Both the position numbers and the translations under genes were made by a program. From NCBI RefSeq assembly GCF_964188315.1, contig NC_135661.1, positions 44,950,001 through 45,014,000 on the forward strand: DNA of 64,000 nucleotides. Direction: 5' to 3'. Position 1 is the stretch's first letter, and each line of letters starts with the position of its first letter. This DNA is from Podarcis muralis. Lineage: Eukaryota. The notes beneath the pieces were generated by a model. The model searched no databases. It had not been told where the DNA came from and saw nothing but the letters and a program-made list of their open reading frames with translations. Positions 56,958 through 64,000 of the stretch are shown here, one piece after another.

Positions 56958-58974
56958 ATCCTCATCGTCATGTAACCACTCCATAAATGAATTAGAACAG
57001 AGGCTGCCATTTCTCCCTGCATTCTAGCTCAGCCATACCTTGTTGTACAGTTCAAGGAAGCACAATCCCACGGCTAAATTTTAATATAAGTGTTACATAA
57101 CAGACCAGTTTCTTATTTGTAAAAGGTTATGCAGGTCCCAGCACATACCATGGGTTTGGTTTCATAGAATTGAAGGTCACTGGAATCTGGTAGCATTTCT
57201 TCCTTCCTTTTTATTTGAAATTTTTATTTATTTATTTTTTCAAAATCTGTACACTGTATAGTGTCTTCATGATCACAATCCTGTTACACTGTGAAACAAA
57301 ATGGAGCCAACTCCTCTTCCAGTTGTGGCTATATATCAGTCCAGAAATATTTCTGGTGGGTGGATGGAGCAATCCCAGAGGACCCCTTGCCCATACACAG
57401 CAGGGCTGGTATCTCTGTGTGTGTAAGCCTGTGAGACCACTGGCATTTCTGTCATATAAAGTTTATTCACACAAAAGTATGGGCTGAGCAAGAGATGGAA
57501 GACTCACAGAATTAACACTTCAACAGATCAGCCTCCCCTATTAGGATTTTGCTCCGCACAAAAAGCAAGTTAGACCTCTGTGCTCCTTTTTAACACCCTC
57601 ATTTCAAGGCTGACAGTTTTGTTCTTTTTCACATGCAGATACCTTGATGAAATCACTTCCAGCTAGAGAAGGAGGGGGTTCAGAAGAATCTCCAGTTATT
57701 GAATTTCTGTGCCAACATCTCACTTGCACTTGACCATCTCTTTAGTTATGCAAAGACCCATTCTCTCACCAAAAGAAAGTATGCCAAGCCGGGGAGTAGC
57801 CAAGGCGAAGTAGACCTAGTTAAGAAGATCCATCACAAAGAAACTCCCTTTGAGAGCATTATGGAATATTTCCCTACCTCCCTGGCCATACTTGGCCAGT
57901 TAACCAGAAATGCTTAATCTCTAACAAGCCAGAGCAAGAGCTGCCTCAGTTAATTAAGGGCTCTTCCAAATGACCTACTTAGTAGCATTCATCCTGATTT
58001 GGTTGCATAAAGTTTACACAAAGATTAGATTACATCTGATCTTTATTGAGCAGTTCTGATTTGTTTACAAGGACATTATAGGATAATAAACTTTCATCCT
58101 GCATTAATCCTGATTTGTTTGCAGGACATTTATACTTCATTCATTTCATGGTTTTCAGTGCATTTCCCTCCCACTTTTCTAACTGTAAAGTCAATTTGAG
58201 GTGAATTTGTTGCACAAAGGCTTTAATCCACACCTAAATTTCCAGGTACCCACGTGAATCCTCCCTCATAAAATCATGATGGTGTGGAAGGGCCATCATA
58301 CTTGTTCCTAATTATAGCTGCAAATCCAAAACAGAAGCAGTTGGGTTGTTGTTTTCCTTTAGCCCCCTTCTCTTTTTCCAGTTGAGGGAAAGGAAAGGGT
58401 GGGGGTGAGCAGACACTGATCTCACACATTGTTGCCAAGCCTTCTTTGGCACACAGCTCTGGCAAGCCCTACCAAATCTCCCCTCTTGAAATTTGCAGTG
58501 AGCTGCTTATTCCACCCCACCCCCAAGCTATGCAGGAGCCCTTGAAGACCTCTACAGCAGGAATATTGTTTTTCCATTAGGCTCAGAAATCAAGGAATTG
58601 ACTCAAGATCTGCTGAGGGGTGGAATGGAGGGTTAAACTCCAAAGGGTAGGCAAATAACCTGCACACTGCACAATTCCAAAGTTTTCAGGGAGTCTCTGC
58701 CTGTCTCTTGCTCTCTGACATGTACACACACACCCCATTTTCTTTTTCTCCCAAATCAAATCCCCTTTGGGCAAACAGTTCTGCTGAATAATAACAGTTC
58801 TTGCTTGTAGAGGGATTGTACGCTAAACGGGTTCCTCTTTCTTTTTGTTATGCTGCCAGCAGCTGGCAAAGCAGACCTGGTTTAGGAGACCTGGTTTAGG
58901 AGGACAATCATTTGTGTGAACTGCAGCAGAGGAGCTGGGGACTTAGGCAAGCAAAACGTTTCATCCATTAGAAG

Positions 58975-61900
58975 ATGTCTATGCTGAATGCGCGTTCCGT
59001 CCTGGTGACTGGGTCCAACCGGGGCATTGGCTTAGAACTGGTCAAGCAGCTGGTGGAGAAAAGCAACAGGCCAGAATGGATCTTTGCCACTTGTCGGGAC
59101 CCAGAGGGACCAGGTGCTCAGGTGAGCTCTAGGGAAGGGCCAGCAATCCTGTAGAATGGGTGCCTAAACTAGTGAATTCCCTCTGATGCCAGAGAAATTG
59201 TGCCTAGGGTTTATGTGGAGGTGTCTGATAAGATTTCTTAAGCTTCCTGTTGTTCAGGCACTTCTGCAGAGCAACAACAAATCAAGATATACATCCCCAT
59301 AGAGAAAAAACTTGGATGGTGTATGTATCAGAGACCAGGTCAGGTAGTTTTTTTCTATTGTGATAAGAATTTTAAGGTCTTAGATACGTAATAAATGTTC
59401 ATAAATGTACCAAGCAAACACGTACAGTGGTACCTCAGGTTAAGTACTTAATTTGTTCCAGAGGTCCGTTCTTAACCTGAAACTGTTCTTAACCTGAAGC
59501 ACCACTTTAGCTAATGGGGCCTCCTGCTGCTGCCGCGCTGCCGGAGCACGATTTCTGTTCTCATCCTGAAGCAAAGTTCTTAACCCGAGGTAATATTTCT
59601 GGGTTAGCGGAGTCTGTAACCTGAAGCGTATGTAACCTGAAGCGTATGTAACCCAAGGTACCGCTGTACATAAATATATAAACCACATGTCTGAAAACCC
59701 CACAGAAAAAAAGTCCTGAACAAATTGGCCTGAATTATTTCTCTGCAAGGTCAAAGTGGGAAACCTCCCCATTGTCTTTTTCCTTCACAAATCCTGTCTT
59801 AAGGGCACATTTAAGATATGAATAGGGTGTGGGCCTATGACCTGGCTCAGGAACTAAGTATTACAAAAGACTGGCCAGGCTCCCCAGGCAATCTAATCAA
59901 GTGACCATTAAACAGGTAACCTGTCAGACTAGATAAACAAGTCACTCAGATTTCTGCTGTAGACCGCCTTTTCTGGGATGTAGGTATGATGTATCTGGGG
60001 GGTGGTCTTAGGTTACACCTCTTCTGTGATGTATGTATGTTGTATGGAGGGGTGGTCTTGAGCTCCAGGGCAGGGAATTTAAAATGTCTATATAAGGCCT
60101 TGGACAGTGTTCTCAAAGCTACCAGCATGAGTTTGACCAAACTGTGGGAGGCAGTGGAAGACAGGAGTGCCTGGCGTGCTCTGGTCCATGGGGTCACGAA
60201 GAGTTGGACACGACTAAATGACTAAATAACAATATAAGGCCTTGAGCGCCATTGTTCTGGGTTCCTCCTCCCTCCTGCATGTGGTGAGCGAGGACCCTGT
60301 TGCAACAGATCAATAAAGATCAAGCTTACTAGCTGCTTTGCTTCTCAATATTCTCTGGTTGACCTCTGTTATTTTCTCCTACCAATAGGGAACCTACGTA
60401 AGGACTCTATATGGGCTCTTGGATACCCCATAAGGGAAAAGGGCAGATTTTTGTTTATAACACTATCTCTGTCTTTCCTTTACTCCAGGGTTTGTATTTT
60501 TATTCAGCTATGGAGCACAGGAAGGGGGCAGAGACTAGATTTCTTATTGCAGGCAAAGGAGAGAGAAGAGCAGCAACCCTTGCCAGCAAGAGCCTGGGAA
60601 AAGCACAGGGTGGCATGGCAGCTTCTGTAGCTCAGTTGGTTACAGCATGGTGCTGATAATGCCAGGGTTGCAGGTTCAATCCCCGTATGGGACTGTTGCA
60701 CATTCCTGCATTGCAGGGGGTTGGACTAGATCATCCTTGGGGTCCCTTCCAATTCTACCATTCTACGATTCTATGATATCAGAAAGGTACGGAGTGGGAA
60801 ACCTCCCCATTCCATAGAGGAAAGTACTAAATTCTGCTGTTGAAAAATGGGTACCAGGACAGAGACAGTGGCCTGAGAGGACTCTCCCAGTGCAGAGTCA
60901 ATAGTGTGGGAGTTTTGAAGAACATTTATGTACTGGGAGAAGAAGCAGACAGCCCAGTACAAATCCATTACAACAGCAACAAAGACACCTGTAGGAAGTG
61001 CTTTTAAACTCTTTGCTTCTGATAAGGAAAATTCTGGGTACATCCCCCACGGGTCCATGCGGTCAGTAAAAGAAGGAAATTCCAGCCAAGTAATTTGGAG
61101 CAAAACAGCAGTCAGTAGACTTAGATCCTTTATTGTTGGGCAACAGGTTCAAACAGCAGCGAGTGAACCCCGAGCAAGGAGTGACATTGACTTTTAAAAC
61201 TTTCCCACCATATCCCAGAATGCAGTTCATACAGTAACATTGCTACATCATTACTACCTCACTAAAACGTCAGAAAGGGGAAGGTTATACAACATTAACA
61301 TAAGCAGACATGTCAGGACAAGACCCAGGTATAAGATTAGCATAGGCAAACACCTCTTAAGTACCCTTCACCAAAGCACAATATAGTGGTACCTCGGCTT
61401 AAGTACTTAATTCGTTCCGGAGGTCCATTCTTAACCTGAAACTGTTCTTAACCTGAAGCACCACTTTAGCTAATGGGGCCTCCTGCTGCTGCTGCGCCGC
61501 CAGAGCCCAATTTCTGTTCTTATCCTGAAGCAAAGTTCTTAACCTGAAGCACTATTTCTGGGTTAGCGGAGTGTGTAACCTGAAGCGTATGTAACCTGAT
61601 TCATATGTGACCCCAGGTACCACTGTAGAACTATCTTTGCATGTCTGCATCCCGGGGCAAGTTCGGTGATGAGATTTGGTTTCCATTGGCCAACAACCAG
61701 CTCAGCAATTGTCACCCCTGGGTGGGGTGTTTGTACATGTCCTCACGCTTGAGGGATTATGGCGGGAGGTGGCAGGGAAAAGGGTCCTTTTTCCAAGGGC
61801 AAAATGGCATTGGAATGGAGGAAATTGGCAAATGGGTTGATTTTATATGATTTATAAAGCTAGGTATCTTCCCTGAGCTGTCGTCGAAAGGATAGATTCA

Positions 61901-63874
61901 GGCATAATATTTATAACATTTAACAATTTTAAAGATGTGCCCCTCCCCACCCCCGTAATTTCTGTAACACTTCCTACATTGTTTCAAACAATTCAGTCCA
62001 CATTGCTGTGTTTTGTTATCTTTCAGGCCTTGAAGAATTTGGCTGCCAAGCATGAGGGAGTGGTTATCAACCCACTGGGTATGTGCCTCTTATCCCCTTG
62101 ATTCTCTCTCCTTAATGGAGAAAGGTGCTGTCATTTAAGGCCATTTTACAGGATCTCTGTTTCATTTGTATCGGTTCCTCATTTGTAGTTTGCAGTTCCC
62201 ATGTCTTACCCAGGTTCCTGCTCTGTTTTGGGGGCATCATAATTTTTGTTGGGATCCATCTGCCTCGAGAGACTATGAAGTAGACCAACCTTTCTCCTCT
62301 TCTTAAATGCAGTTCCTCCTAATTAAAATGTATGGAATTTTAAAACAAGCTGCTACACGATCAACCACCATGCATGCTCCTGCAGAAACAACAAAGAGAT
62401 ACGGAAGAAATGGAGGCAACGCATAAAAATGAAACTTGGGAACTTGTACCTTTACCTGAAGGGAGAAAACCCATCAGTTCCAAATGGGTGTTTAAAATAA
62501 AAAAAAAGGAAGAAGCTCAAGTACCGATATTTAGAGCTAGATTGGTTGCAAGGGGTTTTGCACAAAAGCACAATGAAGACTATGAATCAATTTTTGCTCC
62601 TGTAACATATCCTAATGTTAGGCTATTGTTAAAAATAGTAGCAAAAAAGAAAATGAAGGTTTCACATTTTGATATCAAAACTGCATTTTTATATGGTGAA
62701 CTTGAAGAAGAAATATACATGATTCAACCACAGGGTTTTGTGAAAGATCCAGATCTGGTATGCAAACCGAAAAGGTCCATTTATGGTTTGAAACAGGCAG
62801 CTAGATGCTGGAACAAGAAATTAGACAGTGTGTTGAAAAATCTTGGATTTGAGCAAAGCAAAGCTGATCAATGTCTGTACACTTGTAGAGACAATGATGG
62901 AATTACTTATTTGGTGGTTTATGTTGATGATCTTTTATTGATTTATGATTCAGATAAGCAGAAAAACAAGTTTGAAAAAGGTTTGAAAGCACAATTTTAA
63001 ATTAAAAATTTAGATACAGTGAACAATTACCTAGGCATGCAAATAGACAGAGATGAATTAGGCTCTTTCTGATTAGTCAAAGCAGTAAAATTCAGGCTCT
63101 GCTAGTCAAATGGCATAGATAATTGTAATCTAGTTGCTACTCCAATGACTCTCAAATGTCAAAAGCAAGATGATTAAAAATAATTTGAGGATATTGACAA
63201 ATACAGAAGTGTAATTGGAAGTTTGCTTTATTTAGCAAACATATCCAGGCCTGACATATCAAATGCAACTAACATACTTAGCAAATAAAATAAAATAAAA
63301 TAAAATAAAATAAAATGTAACAGCTATTAATTAATCATGTACAGTAGAACTTCAGATTCTGAACTTAATCCATTTCAGGAGTCCATTTGACTCCCAAAAA
63401 GGTTTGGGAACCAAGACACTGCTTCCGATTGGCTGCAGGAGCTTCCAACAGCCAATTGGAATCTGCACCGGACGTTCAGCTTCCAAAGAACGTTTGATAA
63501 CCAGAACAATCACATTCGGGAGTCAAAACATTCAGCTCCCAAGGCATTTGGGAGCCGAGGTTCCATTGTATATTACTGAGTCATTTCTGCCCTTAAGATA
63601 GATGTTCAACCTTGTTAGACCTTACTAGTTACTGGTTAACTCGGTTCAGCAGAATCACCTTTACAATAATTTCTTTGTTACTATAGACACTTGTGAGCCT
63701 AACAGCATCAAGGCTGCTGCAGCCAGAGTCACTGAGTGTCTGAAAGGAGCCGGGTTGAATCTTCTGATAAACAATGCTGGGATTGTAAGGCCAGCTTCTA
63801 TGGAAGATGAGACACCAGAGAGTATGTCTGAGGTGTATAGGACCAATGTGATTGGGCCCATGGTAGTCACTCAG
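58975..63874 (+). CDS. C-factor/CsgA-like (Sniffer-like) classical short-chain dehydrogenase/reductase, 5' partial (exons 1-3, continues past window)
   Basis: Exons 58975-59121 (MSMLNARSVLVTGSNRGIGLELVKQL...IFATCRDPEG; TGxxxGIG Rossmann motif), 62027-62078 and 63687-63874 (GLNLLINNAGI...VYRTNVIGPMVVTQ). GT-AG, phases 0/1/0, in frame. Confidence 0.88.
59425..59666. mobile_element. Tc1/mariner MITE family 1, nested in LTR copy 2
   Basis: TA|CAGTGGTACCTCAGG ... CCAAGGTACCGCTG|TA. Confidence 0.9.
60103..60231 (+). mobile_element. RTE-BovB 3' end fragment with 13-bp TSD, nested in LTR copy 2
   Basis: Encodes ...SLTKLWEAVEDRSAWRALVHGVTKSWTRLND (BovB C-terminus). TSD ATATAAGGCCTTG at 60090-60102 and 60232-60244. 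Confidence 0.9.
60617..60777 (+). mobile_element. tRNA-headed SINE with CR1-derived tail (Squam3-like)
   Basis: A box TAGCTCAGTTGG, B box GGTTCAATCC, tail GGGGGTTGGACTAGAT...TTCTACGATTCTATGAT. Confidence 0.85.
61384..61625. mobile_element. Tc1/mariner MITE family 1
   Basis: (C>T)AGTGGTACCTCGG ... CCAGGTACCACTG|TA; body matches the copies at 28991 and 59425. Confidence 0.88.
62333..63310 (+). mobile_element. Ty1/copia reverse transcriptase (RVT_2) fragment, decayed, no LTRs, A-rich tail
   Basis: HKNETWELVPLPEGRKPISSKWVFKIK...RARLVARGFAQ...DIKTAFLYGELEEEIYMIQPQGF...SIYGLKQAARCWN...VVYVDDLLL. Frameshifted continuation ...IGSLLYLANISRPDISNATNILS, then (TAAAA)n at about 63286-63315. Confidence 0.92.
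63342..63568. mobile_element. Tc1/mariner (Tigger-like) MITE, family 4
   Basis: TA|CAGTAGAACTTCAG ... CCGAGGTTCCATTG|TA, imperfect TIRs. Confidence 0.7.
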
Positions 63875-64000
63875 GTAAGGCTATCCCTGGATACATGCTT
63901 CTTCACAGACATTCCTCAGCATGTTGTAGAGCTCTTAAGTTATGGAGAACAGAATGATTTATGCAAATGTTTTCTGGTGATGAGTTCATTGTTTGCAGAG

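Larger units (their letters stand above)
59359..60462 (+). mobile_element. Solo LTR copy 2 in SDR intron 1, carrying nested MITE and BovB insertions
   Basis: TGTGATAAG...GTTTATAACA with 4-bp TSD CTAT (59355-59358, 60463-60466); AATAAA at 60312. Confidence 0.8.

Noticed and set aside
56303-60462. The two LTRs as the ends of one provirus that captured SDR exon 1
   Set aside because: Each LTR has its own different TSD, and there is no PBS, PPT or gag/pol between them.
60617-60700. tRNA-like A and B boxes as a real tRNA gene
   Set aside because: Continues into a CR1-derived SINE tail and no acceptor stem can be formed; it is a SINE head.

Overview
Eukaryotic (vertebrate) genomic DNA. The repeat content (Sauria-type SINEs, RTE-BovB 3' end, an intact L2 LINE) points to a squamate, probably a lacertid lizard; this is inference. 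The window holds the conserved amniote block TERF2IP/RAP1(-), KARS1(+), ADAT1(+), GABARAPL2(-), TMEM231(+), CHST6(+), then the first three exons of a C-factor/CsgA-like short-chain dehydrogenase(+) that runs off the end. I traced all exons by hand from splice signals, frame continuity and remembered human protein sequences; no database search was run. Most interesting observations: (1) a Ty1/copia RT fragment that looks retroposed in trans by a LINE (A-rich tail, TSD at a TT/AAAA site, no LTRs); (2) an intact L2 ORF2 in TERF2IP intron 1, preceded by a 249-bp higher-order tandem array; (3) KARS1 mitochondrial versus cytosolic isoforms apparently set by alternative 5' donors plus a uORF; (4) a 354-bp GABARAPL2/TMEM231 bidirectional promoter with two RFX X-boxes; (5) a U12 AT-AC intron in TMEM231; (6) a GC-rich hAT MITE mimicking a CpG island; (7) two solo LTRs bracketing the SDR first coding exon. 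No prokaryotic-type system or CRISPR array was seen. Most short ORFs in the supplied track are noise or antisense shadows.
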